Below are positions 42,085-55,254 of a stretch of DNA of 64,000 nt, in pieces. Location: assembly GCA_964035575.1 (NCBI GenBank), contig OZ037837.1, positions 1,488,001 to 1,552,000 on the forward strand, in the 5' to 3' direction. The number at the start of each line of letters is the position of its first letter. The stretch's first letter is position 1. The position numbers were made by a program, and so were the translations under genes. A model generated the notes under the pieces. The model did no database searches and was not told the DNA's origin. It saw nothing but the letters and a program-made list of their open reading frames with translations. The stretch is from Rhynchopus sp. YZ270_cl-10 (lineage: Eukaryota).

Positions 42085-42993
42085 ATGACTCAAGAGGTCC
42101 TCTCCCATGCTCTGCAGGCTGCAGCCAGCGCAGCGCACTTCGCCGGTCCCGACGCCTCTGCCGCACTGCTTGATGCCTGCAAAGCCGTCTCCCGCGAGCA
42201 CGCTGCCGAGATCCACCGGCGCTACCTGCCCGACGTCGAGACCATCATCATCGACATTGAAGGCACGACCACACCGATCCCCTTTGTCACCACAGTTCTC
42301 TTCCCATACGCCATCTCTCATGCTGCGGAATACGTTACAAAACACTACGACGAACTGACTGATATCATTGAAGCCATGCGGGTCCAAGCTGCATCTGATG
42401 GAGAAGACATCCCTCGTATCCCGAAGGGCAACAAAGAGGAGGTCGTCGCTGCGGTTGCTGCGAACTTAAAAAAGAACTCCGAGTTAAACCGCAAAGTCAC
42501 CGCCATGAAGAGTCTTCAAGGGATGATCTGGAAGGACGGCTATGCAAGCGGGGAGCTGAAAGGCGCTGTGTTTGCTGACGTTCCGGTCGCCCTGAAGCGT
42601 TGGGTGGATCAAGGCAAAAAGGTGTACATCTACAGCAGCGGGAGCGTCGGGGCCCAAAAGCTTCTATTTGGCCAAACGACGCATGGGGATTTGCTTCCGT
42701 ATCTGTCTGGACATTTTGATACCACTTCTGGAGGAAAGCGTGAGGCGTCTTCGTACAAAACAATCGCAGCTGCCATTGGTGTGGCCCCCAAGTCATCTCT
42801 GTTCCTGACGGATATGGTGCCAGAGGCAGTGGCGGCAGATGAGGCTGGGATGAAGACGATGTTGCTGCACCGTCCGGAGAATTTGTTATATGAAGTGGGT
42901 GATCAGCTGGAGGCGAGGAGGTTCGTGCAAGTGACATCCTTTGATGATATCTTTGCAAAACAAACCAAAAGAAAGCGTGACGACAGCGCATAA
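42085..42993 (+). CDS. ENOPH1: Enolase-phosphatase E1 (HAD family, methionine salvage)
   Basis: DIEGTT..I.FV..VLFPYA, RKVTAMKSLQGMIWKDGY, IYSSGSVGAQKLLF, GHFDT, GGKRE..SY, LFLTD motifs. Confidence 0.93.
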   Translation: MTQEVLSHALQAAASAAHFAGPDASAALLDACKAVSREHAAEIHRRYLPDVETIIIDIEGTTTPIPFVTTVLFPYAISHAAEYVTKHYDELTDIIEAMRVQAASDGEDIPRIPKGNKEEVVAAVAANLKKNSELNRKVTAMKSLQGMIWKDGYASGELKGAVFADVPVALKRWVDQGKKVYIYSSGSVGAQKLLFGQTTHGDLLPYLSGHFDTTSGGKREASSYKTIAAAIGVAPKSSLFLTDMVPEAVAADEAGMKTMLLHRPENLLYEVGDQLEARRFVQVTSFDDIFAKQTKRKRDDSA

Positions 42994-43668
42994 CTCCAGA
43001 AAAGAAGAAAATATAGTCTCATATTTTTTGGAAAAGAAGCCTAAACAGCTTTGCTGAGGTTGATGGGGAAAATAATATGCCATAGAGATTATGTTCTGTA
43101 AGGACGGAACGGTAAAGCAAACGTTTGGGGGTTTTTTTATCAAGGTGCCTAAGCGCGAGAGGGTTAGGATCATCTTCTAAACTTTTCTTGTTATTTGGGT
43201 GACTTTGCGCTTCTGAGTGCTGTGGGGTAGAGTTCAGTATGATTACCGTGATACTTATGTATGCAAGAATTGATGCAGGACTGCTTAGGTTTGGGTGGTT
43301 TAAATTTGAAATATGGGGGGGAGGGGGAGGGGGTGAAACGAATTGATATCAAAACCGCGCGCTTTTCAAAAAGTAAAGACAAAAAAGAAACTGCGATTCG
43401 AGTGTTGGGGCTCACGGTCACACCCGGCAACAAAAAAACGCATTTTATTTTTACTTCATCTATTTTATCATTTGTTTCAGAGAGAGTAGCACACATCAGA
43501 TGTAAATTGGGGGGTCCACCCCCACGGTGCACCTCGATCATTTTTTGTACCTAATCTACACTGTTTTTCAACGAGCGGGACCCTGTTGTATTTCAAATCA
43601 TTTTTTGCTTCTCCCCCCCTAATCTTCCCCCCCCACCAGATACTGTACAGTAGTTTGTTTTATCATAT

Positions 43669-46600
43669 ATGGCCGCCGACATCGCGCAGACCCCTGGAGG
43701 GGGCACCCTTTCACCCACAGATGACAGTCCACTTGGGGGTTTATTTGAAGCCAGCCGGAGTGAATATTCTATGCCGCTTACTCCAAAGGTTTCGGGGAAT
43801 TTACTTGGTGTATCGACACGGAGTGGGACTGAGAACAACAAGAACACATTGTCGAGCCTTAAGGACGGCATTACCACCCCAACCAGCGACGACTCCAAAG
43901 CAGTGATTGGGAGAAGACGCAGTCAAGACCTACGATCTTCTCTGTCGAATCCAGAGGTTCGTATCTTCGGAGGAATGGCGAATTCACATAACACTTCGAT
44001 GTCAACCTCCGCATCTCGCCTCCGCAAACGAGCGTCAATCCAACCAGCACCTCTCCAAATGTCTCGATCAACAGAACCACCACCACGCTCCCCTTTGGCT
44101 TCGCAATCCTGGAGAAAACAGTCGCTTTTAACTTTTGAGGAAGACAACACAACGCCGGTACCGCAAGCGGTCATACCATTCCCCCCTGGAATTGCTGTAG
44201 AATCGGTGGAATCGCATACACAAGGATCCGGGGAGGAAACGGAAAGCACGGTGCAAGACTTAGATGACACAGCAAAACATATGCTCGACCTAATGGACGG
44301 TACCGCAACAGCAGACCCTGTCGCATTTGATACCGGGATGTGGTCTGCGCATGAGGAAGAAAATTTTTTGAAGCAGTGGTGCGAAAGGGTTCCGCTCCCA
44401 AAGACTTCATTAGAAAACCTTCATGGGCGTGGCCTAGGTCGGCACGGTGCAAGAGGAGTGGGTCTATGCGACAAAGCGCAAGATTGGTTGATTTTGCTTC
44501 TTCTTGCGGCGTCATGCGCGATGTACATCTTTCTCATTATCTACGGCGAATCGCTCCGACACGAATGCATTTCCCCTTGCGGCTCCTGCGGAACCTCAGG
44601 CCTTACCCAATCCAAAGAACCATCCACCGCTCGAATGACCGCCATTCTTCCAGACTATCTAAACTATTTCTGGAACATCGCGGTCCCCAACGGCGCGCCA
44701 CTTCCCGGCAGCAGCAGTAGTGGAGTGGATGACGATGTACTAGAAGAATTCTGCGACTTCGATTGGACTCATGCACATGCCCATGCACTACACATGAACA
44801 TCACAGAAGATTCCGCTACAGCGCTTTCAACCTCCGGAATTTCAAGAACAGATGCAAACTACAACCTTCTACTACAACAGCGCATCGATTCTGATGTCCG
44901 CACCACGCCAAACCTAAAAGAAACTTTACTGCAAAGACGGCATAAACTCTGGACAGAGGTCGACGCATGGCATTATGCGCTGACATTTGGAGTGATTTTT
45001 GTAAACGAAAGGGATTTTGACATCGACACCTCCGAGCGCGCTACAACAGAAGCCCAATGCATGCAGAATATCACCTTAGACGCGAAGATTGAATACCCAA
45101 ATGGACATATTTTGCATTATCCTGGACGTCATGTAAATTGTGATGGCGCGTATGGATATTGCGCGGTATCTCTATTTGGCGATGGGATTGGCCATGCGAA
45201 CACCGGACGATGGAATTTAAGTGTCATCGCAACACGCTGCGACGGCATGGAATCACATGTCTTCGTTTATCAAGGAAGGCAGAGTTTTTATAGAGCAGAG
45301 TGCATTATACGATACGTATTGTTAGTAGGAAGCGTGGTACTGTTTGTTGCATTGTTAAGAAGAGTCCGCGCCAAGCAACACGCAAAACAGCCATTTGTCG
45401 CGATGCACCGTCTTCTCTATGGTGTTTTCCCAGCCCTCTTCTTCGCCATCAACCCCTTCTTCTTAGTAATCCTCTACTACCACGGCATCGCCCCAGAAGA
45501 AGATGACAGCGGGGAAGGCTCCGAAACGTCCCCTCTCAAACAGTTCTTTTTTGTCCTCGAAGACCTTCCCCCACGCCTTCTGATTGCCGTTTTCGGAACC
45601 TTCGTGATGACAGTCATTACACATGACACAATGGACCTAAAAAGGGTGCCAACCCTCCTCGCAGTCTCCATCGACAAATTCATTCCCTTTGGCGTTCCAA
45701 AGAGCGTAGTATCCCTTAGTGTGAAGGTCCGGAAGGAGGCAGTGCAAATGGTCGCAAAGGGGACAGTCGCAACGGTATTTGATACGCTCGCTGCGGAGAA
45801 TTTTAGGAGGAATAAACACCCCGAAATGGACACAATTTTACCACTCTCTGCTATTGTTGCAATGCTTAAACGGCACGTCTTTTTGCGAAGTCTTCTGAAA
45901 GCTGATGAATTTGAGGATAACGTTTGGGTCGCTCGGGTCAACACTTTTCCAACCGAGGTAGGATGTTTTAAAGAATCTGGTGTCACCAAATCTTGCTTTG
46001 TCGAAGGCTGGCTATCCATGGTTGAAGAACGGTGTGAGATGATTAGCGCATCTTCCGGATGGTTACGACCGAAAAGCAAGGCGTTTTCTACCTTTCACTT
46101 CGATTTGAGCGAACAACTGGACGACAGGGTCGCGATGACGTGCCCTTTCACGGTGCAAATTAAACTGCGGTATTTGGGTGCAGAAAAGGAACGCCGTATT
46201 CGCATCACCAATGAAATGCTCCGTTGTTCCCTCTCGAGGGAGGTGATTCTTCCTCTCCCTATCTTCTCCGTTTCGGAGGTTTTCTGCGATTTGGAGTCAG
46301 TTTTGGTCGCTGCCGCTCTTGTTACGGTTCTCGAATCTACCCGCCCTGAAGTTCAAATCCGACTTTCCGGATGGCTTCCCCTCACCCTTCCAAGCAATTG
46401 CAAAACCGTTTTTCAATCTCTCCGTAACGCGCTTGCATTGCTGTTGGGTTTGTTCATTGCAGGGTCTTCCGTTGCAGTTACGGTTGTCCTTACAAGAAAT
46501 CAATATCACACAACGGAAGAAGGCAAAGCGGCAGTCGTCACCAACAACCACCGCCCCTACTTCGGAGGGGAGAACGTCGCAGAGGTCATGGAGTCCGCTT

Positions 46601-49600
46601 CTTTGACACTCTACGTTGTAGCGGGGGTTGTTGTCATGGTTAATACCATAGCACACATTCGGCGCATCCCCTATAGACACGCACGCTGCATTCATTTGAT
46701 ATTCCATTTGGTGGTGGTCACCGTCATAGTCTGGGTGCTTTCAACCGTGTTATCAAATCTATTCAAACCTTCAAGAGTCATAGAAGAAATCCGCCCGTGG
46801 AGAGATGGGGACTTGATGGTGCTACCGTTGGCGGGGTATATCTTTGCTGTGGCGTTAAGTTTGTTCCCTCCGCCGGTTTTTTCGATTGGGATGGAGGAGT
46901 TGACGAAGGCGAATTTGGCGCAGTATTTACGAGAAACTGGAGGAATGAGATTAAGAACGTTCCGATCTATGACGGAGAAGCTTTATATCGACCAATGGCT
47001 GAGCGTTGGGAGAAAGCGCGACACCCTCAAAGGGGTGCACGACGGAAAGGTGGGGAGCTTTGCCATCCGCGACCGTCATGACAGCCGCCCCTCCTCAATG
47101 CCGACCGGGGCTCCGATTGTACGTCGTCTTGGCAGTCGTAGAAGAGTGACTTTATCACGAATGGACGAAATCAACTCCGCTGATTCAAATGATACTGACA
47201 CCGAAGAATCTTATGCACCCAGGGGAGAAGGTCTCGATCCATTTACCCCAGCCGTATGCTATAACCTTCCAATGAACTCAACAGGAAAGATACCAGCAAT
47301 GAGTCGAAATGACCGGAAATCTCTCGCAAACGAAGAGGGATCTCAAGAGACCCGCGACGATCCGATCGATGGTGATTGGACCCTCACCAGACGTTCTCGA
47401 CAAAAACAGAAGCAGGCATTGCGGGGGGAGGAGGATGAGGATGAGGATGAGGATGAAGTGACAGAGGCCGCACCATCTCCGGTAGGGGGGGAAGGGGTGA
47501 GCCCTGCGGTGACCGTAGCGCAGTCGCTTCCTGCATCGACCCCTCATGAACCGTATGGGAGTGACGAAGATAATGAAAAAAATGACACAAAGAGCACGGT
47601 GCCGGATCATTGCATTGATGTGACCACCTTTGCGGAGGATACAAAGCAGAGTGATGACGAGAAGGCGCCATCTCCAAAAGGCGACCCACAGCCACGCCCT
47701 GCGGGAGACGAGCTGAGCCAGGCATTTTGCCTTGAAACGGCTGTACACTGCTTCCATGCAGCATCTCTGGTCTACGAACCGGTCCTCCGCCCAACCGCAC
47801 TGCAGCGGCAAGAAAGCTTCTTTGGAGGTCAATACGATAGTGACGACGTCCGTGTAGACGGAGGCGACGCACGCTGGCGTAAACTGGATCTAAGCTACCC
47901 CGTCACTGTCTACGTCGACCAACGCTCTTGGTACAGCGTGACCCACTGCGTCACTGCTATGACCGGGTTGGAGGTCAGCGGCGACTTCGCAGAGCACATC
48001 TCCGAAGCAACAACACCCTTCCAAGCACTACACCTTGCACGCGAGCAGGGCCTCTGTACTGGCCCCGATGGAAACGAAGCCTCGGAACGGCACCTCCGTA
48101 TTCTCTCTCGCATTAAGAAAGCGAATTTACACAAATTTCAGCAAAACACCGACTGCCGCACTGCCCTCCTCGCCACAGGAACACGCCATATATATTACGT
48201 CAATGACGATCCATATTGGGGCTGCTCCGCTGCAGACCTTTCCGGGGAGAACGTTCTTGGCGAGCTTCTGATGGACATTAGACGTTGCGTGAACGAGACG
48301 GTGCCGCTTCCACCACCGCTGAAACGGCTGCGTGCACGATTTCCTGAATATCTCGAGAAAAAGCGTGTCGCTGTAGATGCGGACCATCACGACGATATGG
48401 TGCTCGCGTTAATGTGGCTTGTGGACAGTGCACCATGCGCCAGGGAAGAACTGATAGCGTCGCACCCGAAGACTCTTGCAGACCTGACCGACCCCGACCC
48501 TCTGTGGGGTAGTGGCGCGGCGGAGGTGAGCGGTAAAGGGCTGTTCTGTCTTCTTGTCATGAAGGTGCGCGAACGCTACGTCTCCTACACCCTCGGGCAC
48601 GACAAAGGGCAGCTCAAGGTACGCCGCTCATTTGACTGGATATTCCGATCATTCCGTGTCGACGCTGTTATCAGTTCTTCTGATTCTACTAATTGTTATA
48701 AGGCCCCTGCAGAACCTGGACGCGAGAGCGAACCCATCGACACCGACACATGCATCAGCAGCGAGCCTGGGGAGACCAAATGCCTCATCCTCTCCACCCA
48801 TGCGGACATCACCCCAGCATACGTCATTGTGGCCTTCCGCGGTACTGTCACCTTCCAGAAGGGTGAAACCGACCTACGCAACGTAGGCACCGACTGTAAA
48901 TGCTCCCTAAGCGACCTTGACGTAGGTGGACAGACTGTAGGCACCCATGCCGGCTTCCGTGAGCTCTATGACAAAGTGCGCACAAAGGTAAAAGGCGCCT
49001 TGCTCCGCCGTCTCGAATTGAATGACGTCCGCGACGATACCACCCTTTGCTTCACAGGACACTCCCTCGGAGGAGCGCTTGCCACCCTCGCTGCCATCGA
49101 TTTCTCGATGAATACCTACTCCGAGCGGGCCATCACGATGTACAATTTTGGATCCCCTCGTGTTGGGAACCGCGCCTTCGCGGACCTATATGACCAACGC
49201 GTTCCAGATTCATTTCGAGTAGTGTGCAAAGGGGATCCGGTCACTATGGTGCCTCCAATGGCATTTTATACTCATGTAGGGCATTCTGTTCTGTTGAATT
49301 CTAGTGGAGAGTATACAGTGGATGCCAGCTTTGCGGAAAGGAGGTTGCTTCCGTTTTTCAATCCGTTGCAGCATTTTAGGATGTTGGACAGTCATAGGAG
49401 GGGGTCGAATCAGAGTGGCGAGCCTGGGTACCTTTCGGGCATGACAGGGATTGCAATGAAGAACAGCTTGCGGAGTTTGGCGGAGTTGCAACACCGGATG
49501 ACGATTGGCGCGAAATATAGTCCGGAATGGGCAAGGTTGTGGGCGTCGTGCTCGTTGAACAGCCCTGACGCTTGTGGACAGGAGTTTTTGATGGAAGCGC

Positions 49601-51986
49601 TGCAGTTTTGTGGAGAACCCCCAGAAATTCCTACTAGGGTTCCCTTGAAGCTTTTCTATTCCAAGATGCGCCATGACCATTTAGTTTGCGCGACCTCGGA
49701 ACACCAGCAATGGGCCGCGGTAAATGGGTACCACTTCATCGGCGTGCTTGGCGCTGTGTTTACCTTTCCTCGGGGGGACGGACGGTCGTGGTTTACAGGA
49801 GAGCTTTTGCCTTTATATCTATACCACAACCCGGTGAGAAACGATCACATGACCTGCGCGCACCCTGAAGCGAGGCGGTTCGCAAAGCAAAATGGATACG
49901 TCGAAAAGAGCATTGAAGGCTTTGTGTTTCCTGTGGAGCACCGTCCGCAGAAGGCGCATCTCTCGACGTATGGGATGCTGCATACGTGGTCGCCTCATGG
50001 ATTGGATCATAGCGTGCAGGTGGCGGCGGAAGGGGAAAAGGGCGATGCGCTAGCAGACGCAGCAGAGCGTGTAACGTATGTGACAGATGGTGTGGACTGC
50101 TATGTGGCGGGGGAGGCTACGACTGGGCTGGCGCCGCAGTTCTGGGATATGACCGGGACGGTGCCGCTCGGGTTGGCGGTGGGGCTGCTCACCGTGGCGG
50201 TGGGGGCACCGCTGGTGGCGCCCATGGCGGCGTGTCTGACGTGTTGTGGGGTGATCTTTGTGGGTTTCGTCATGTCTCGATTCGCAATGATCAAGAACTA
50301 CCCCCGCCCCCTCGACGTGGCAAGCGCAGTCACATACGGGGCCGCATGGATTCAGGTATCGCAACAATATTATCAAAAATTCGAAACAGATGTTTCCCTG
50401 GTTGGGGGTCCACCCATGGTGCATACTGGACATACCAAAGTGCACTGTTACGAGAGGCTTTGGATTTCAAGTCAAATATTCTTTGCCTTGAAGTCGTTGC
50501 CCTTATGATAAAATATTTATTTTCCCTTTTTTTAGGGGAAACGGAAAGAAATCTGACCACCAAAAACACCGTCTTCCCACACACAACCCACAACTACAGT
50601 ACTCGCAGGATATGGGCGATGATGTAGCTGAGATGTGGTCTGTCACTGCTGTGCTCGCAATGCATAGCGTAGCCATAGCTGCGACACTCTTCCTGCAGGT
50701 GCCTTACACGAAGGACATCTGGATAGGAGACCGCACTATCCCTACTGGAACAACGAAGCAGGTGGGGTTCACGTACTTCATCTGGGTCTACTGCTGGATG
50801 TGGCTTGTCATTTTTGTGATTTTGACCGGCGCAACTTCGGGGCCGTGCTTTGCAAACCTCTCAGGAGAAGATGCGCACCACGAATCGTACATAGCCATGG
50901 GCGTCATCGTGCTGCTGTCGGTGCTGACACTCTTCCAGCATGCCTTCGTGTACGTCTTCCTCGTTGTGGTCTCGTCAGAAACCTTTGCGCAAGTCAACTT
51001 CCTCTCCAAGAAGGTGCCCATGCTGTCGGAGTTCTGCGAGCTGTTCCCCGAGCCACCCTCCCTCATCGTCGGGACCTTCACCATACGCGAAGATATACTG
51101 TATGTAGCTGGGTTTCGTGTTTCTTAGACTCAACCTAAAAAAAGAGGAGACGAAGCTGGTGATTGAAAATTATATCTTAATCTTTAGACTAAACCTAATG
51201 TGCCATACCACGCTTTTCTGCAATGACTAAGCACTTCGGTGCATCTCACTAAGTTTTTATTTGTGCACCGGTTATTGTACCAAGGTACACGAGCGGGATT
51301 TGTATTTTAAGTCAACGTTCTTTCTTTCTTCCCTTTCTGTCTCACTCCGCTATATGAGATCAGTTACCATCCCCATCCACACCCCTCCCCCTCACAGCAT
51401 GTCCGACACCATCAAAGCCGATGCACTAAAGCTCCCCGAAGGTCTAGGCAACCCACAGAACGACGACCGCTACATCAAGGAGGTGGCAGACCTGCTGCAG
51501 CACCCCGTGACACGCATCACCGTGCTTGCGACTAACTCCGAGGGTGCGGACGGGACCTGGGGGACGGAGATCCGGTTCACCCTGGTCTCCGCGTCGCACG
51601 TCGTCGCAAGAAAGCAGCTGCGCAACGTTCGCGACATCCTACGACGCTGCGAGACGGCCCCGAGCCTCGCCTTCCCACACACCATGCGCACTGTCAAGGT
51701 CATCCCCGGCTGGCACGTCAGCACCGACATTGGTGGGTTCCCCTCCTCACTCATCGACATCCGCTTCACACGTGGTGGCCTTGCCCCGCCACTTTCCCAA
51801 GCACAGTCATCACTCATGTTCTGTCGCCACATTGCACGTTGCATAAGACGCATCCGTGACCTCCACAGTGACGGGGAAGGCATCAAACCCAAGACCCACT
51901 TCCTCTCCTCACACGAAACGCACAGCATCAAGAAGGACGACAACGGGCTGTACACTGTTCCCTCCTTCAGGCACTACGATAAATAG
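43669..51986 (+). CDS. Giant multi-pass membrane class-3 lipase with two inserted NADAR-like domains; 3 exons: 43669-50355, 50600-51099, 51398-51986 (~2,591 aa)
   Basis: Lipase motifs VAFRGT, THAGF, TGHSLGG (49057), NFGSPRVGN, GDPVTMVPP, YTHVG. NADAR motif KFQQN...ALLATG...DPYWG...GENVLGELLMDIR. N-terminal TMEM181/Wntless-like TM region (INPFF). GTATCG..ACAG (phase 0) and GTATGT..ACAG (phase 2) introns fuse the three ORFs in frame. Confidence 0.8.
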
Positions 51987-52239
51987 TCAGAAGGTAGTGC
52001 TTTTCGATGATATGATAAATGTTAACCACGAAATGAAAAAATGGATGTAGTACTGCATGGGGGGGCTTTTTTTGTATTTTAAGTCAAAATTGACAAATAT
52101 TTGGATGTGTGTTGTTGTCCTAAGAGGCACGCTCACCTTTCAAGATTGTTTATTTTTTTTCCAAGGCTCCCTTTTGGCTAAGCACAAAAGAGAGGCTTCA
52201 GGTTCTTCTTATAATATGTTCTCTTTTTCTGCTTGCAAC

Positions 52240-52310
52240 CTCCCTCGTGGTAACCGTGTGCATACCAATGAAGTGCTCTCTGGGGGTTCGATACCCCCCG
52301 CGGAGAACCA
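52240..52310 (+). pseudogene. tRNA-like remnant (T-arm + CCA)
   Basis: GGGGG-TTCGATA-CCCCC T-arm followed by CGCGGAGAACCA. 5' CTCCCTCG partly pairs as an acceptor stem. D and anticodon arms not recognisable. Confidence 0.3.
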
Positions 52311-52943
52311 GTGTCCTGCATCCGACGATGAACGGTGAGGCGTTTTGCACTACTTTCAACTTTTCTTAATTATTTGTGTTCCGCATAATGCCGACGCTAC
52401 TGTACACTATAAAAATGATAAAAACCCTGTTCCCCCCCGGGATTTTTGTTTTTTTTGGAGTATTTTTTAACTCTTTTTCAAAATTCTTTTTGGGTTGTAA
52501 TTGATTGCACACATATGGGTTTTGCTTTGCAGTGTTGTTTCTGTTTAGAAATTGAACATTATTCTGCCAACAGTACATTTTCTCACGCTTATTCCTTTTT
52601 AAGGTGACTAAGCACGAGAGGCTTAGGGTCATCTTATAAACTTTTCTCTTTTTTTTTTTTTTTTGAATCATTCCTTCTCTCTGCTCACCTCAGTATCACA
52701 TTGCGCCACTCACAGAAGGGGCTCCATATACCTTCCTGTATTGGCGGTCTACAAACTTAGAGATTCCTCAAAAGACAAAATCAGTGTCATCAATTGGTGT
52801 CACTTCAATGATCTTACTCCAATAAGTATCCGAAGGTGCTACGAAATAGAGGGGTGGTAACTGCCTTTTTTAAGGAAAAAGGAAAAAAGCATATAAACCC
52901 CTCTCCAATATTACACCGAATTTGTGGGCATCTATTAGATTAC

Positions 52944-52985
52944 GATCCGTAACTTTGGAGGGAGAAAAGGATTGGCTCCGAGGGT
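52944..52985 (+). rRNA. Short degenerate LSU rRNA fragment
   Basis: GATCCGTAACTTTGGAGGGAGAAAAGGATTGGCTCCGAGGG resembles conserved LSU GATCCGTAACTTCGGGA.AAGGATTGGCTCT.AGGG. Confidence 0.55.
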
Positions 52986-55254
52986 GTAGATTGCTAGAGG
53001 GTTCGCGGCTAACACTGCCCTGTACGCGTCTACAATGAAGTACCAGCTTGGAGCTGTTCCGAAAATAGTGGGATGTCAGAAAACACCATCAGTGTTTGTT
53101 GGTTTCTGTTAGGAGACCCTAGGATTTTTGATATATAATGTATTACGCATGCACCATACATCTGTGCTGGGTGGGGGGGGTTGTTTCACGGGTTAAAGTT
53201 TAAAAAAATGCGGGGAAACATCTCAGTGCTGTGTCATTCCTTTTCTTTCTTCTTTTCTTTCCCCCTTTTTCCTCTTTTTTTGTCAGTGCCTGCATCCCAG
53301 AGGCGTTTTCACTATCAAATTCACTTTCTTTTCTTTTCCCCCTTTTTTTTTAACCCATTAATCTCTCTTTTTTGAGCCCCCCTCCCCAGACCCAATTTCG
53401 ATAAACGGACCCACTCCCCTATTAAGGCTGTATTGCGAAACGGACCCTAGTTTCGAGTGCGAAACGTTTCTCCATGTATTGCACGGGAAACAATATGACA
53501 AACAGGTGCAGGGTGGTTCCGTGCTTATCATAGAACCTGGCACCTTGTGTGTCTCCCAAAAACCAAAGGTGTTGTGTGTGTAGTTTTGAAGGAAGGAAAA
53601 ATAAAATGTATTGCGCATATGATTGAGAGAGGAAGAACAGATCCTCTCTTAACTAGTACAGAGATTTTTTTCTGGATTAGTACAACGACTGTGTGAACGA
53701 TAAAGCAGAGTTACCGTGATTTGCAATCTTTTTTCTTTTTCCCCTTTTTTGCGCGCATTGGGTACGCACTTTAATTTGGTTTGTCTTTTTTTTCTTTCTC
53801 GCAAATGCACCTCACATTATTTGCAACAATTATACAACAGATGGAGGCGCACAACTAGCAACCTCTCCCCTATTTCGTTTCCCATTTTTCCTGTGTGGGT
53901 GAAGATAGGTATTGACACCGTAGTATTTTTGCTACAATTATACAACAGACGCATGCATCGTTTGGAAGTGTCAGAAGTGTTGCTCGCATGCTAAAATTTT
54001 TCTATTTCTCTTGTTTCTTATTAAAGTGACTAAACACGAGACCGCTGAAGTCTTGAAGGCTTTTCTCTTTTCCCCCTTCACAGTATCTGTAGATATCTGA
54101 GACACGTTCCTCAATTTGTGTTCAAGTTTTTAATTTTTCAATTTTTCAATTTTTCCGTCACACAGCGAACCCTCCCCATTAATACATCCCTACACATTCG
54201 AGAACCGCGTCTGTGTGCGTGAGCTAGACACCAAAATCGGTGGTAATACACGCTATAACACGACAAAGAACGTTCGTTGTTCTTTTGTTCATAATTATTT
54301 TGCTGCACTGTTCCAGTCAAAGGTAGAATGAAGCTGGATGGGGTGGGGTTAAGCCTCCCCAAAATCGTCCACCCAACGATAGAAGACGTGTCCCCTGTGG
54401 TCTTTTAGGTCTCTTAGGACGACGATTTTGGGAAGGCTCGGGTGGGGGGTTAAAACACCCCTTGGTGGATTTGGGTCCTCTTTATTTGGGTCCTCTTTGT
54501 TTATTTTGCATGACCGAAACTGTTGCACAATATCGTGCACTGCTCCTGGCATAGTGGAGGTGACCTTTTTGATACTCACGCCATGTAACCGAGGTGCACT
54601 GTCACGAGAGGGGGGCTTTTGTATTTCAAGTCAACCTTTTTGTTGCTGGCCGATTCTCTTCTGAGAATGGATTCTTTTCTTCAGATGTGAACCTCGAAAT
54701 GGATTGTAGGGAAGACATGGTGACGGGAGCACCCTCAGGTGTTCTGGTCATGCACCAGCGTTCACTGTAACGAGAGGGTTTATGTATTTCGAGACACATT
54801 CATTATTTATGTCAAATTCAGGGTCGCATGGTTTGGGTAAAGAAGTCGATATCTGTGTGTTGAACAGAGTCACGCATTCCTGACGAAGCCACATGCGACG
54901 TTTCATTGCTTTCTCGTGCACATGATCTCAAAGACCACGCACTGTTGTGTGGAGAGCTGTGCCAGGATTAGCACGCGAAGAGAGGACTGGCAACACTGCC
55001 TACCTCCCAACATAGCGTGATGTGGAAACCCAGATAGGTGACCTGACCCCCGACAACGCAGAAGCAAGCGTCGTGTTGAGGGAGGTTTTTGTGTTCTATT
55101 TTATCAACAATCTGTCAACAAGCCTACAACTACCACCCCACCCACCCTGTTTTGTTCACTGCGCTGCTTGCTAACGAAGTCTACTCTTCTATTGTCTTCC
55201 CATGCCACACACCAACCCCTTCCAGACACCCCTGCACCCTCCCACCTCCATAAA

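Noticed and set aside
51261..51986. Independent 241-aa gene
   Set aside because: Better explained as exon 3 of the lipase gene because splice phases match exactly; independence is not fully excluded without RNA data.
54850..55085. Upstream coding exon of the B-box/LRR genes (duplicated at ~58560-58790)
   Set aside because: Stops in all three + frames, and absent upstream of copy 1.
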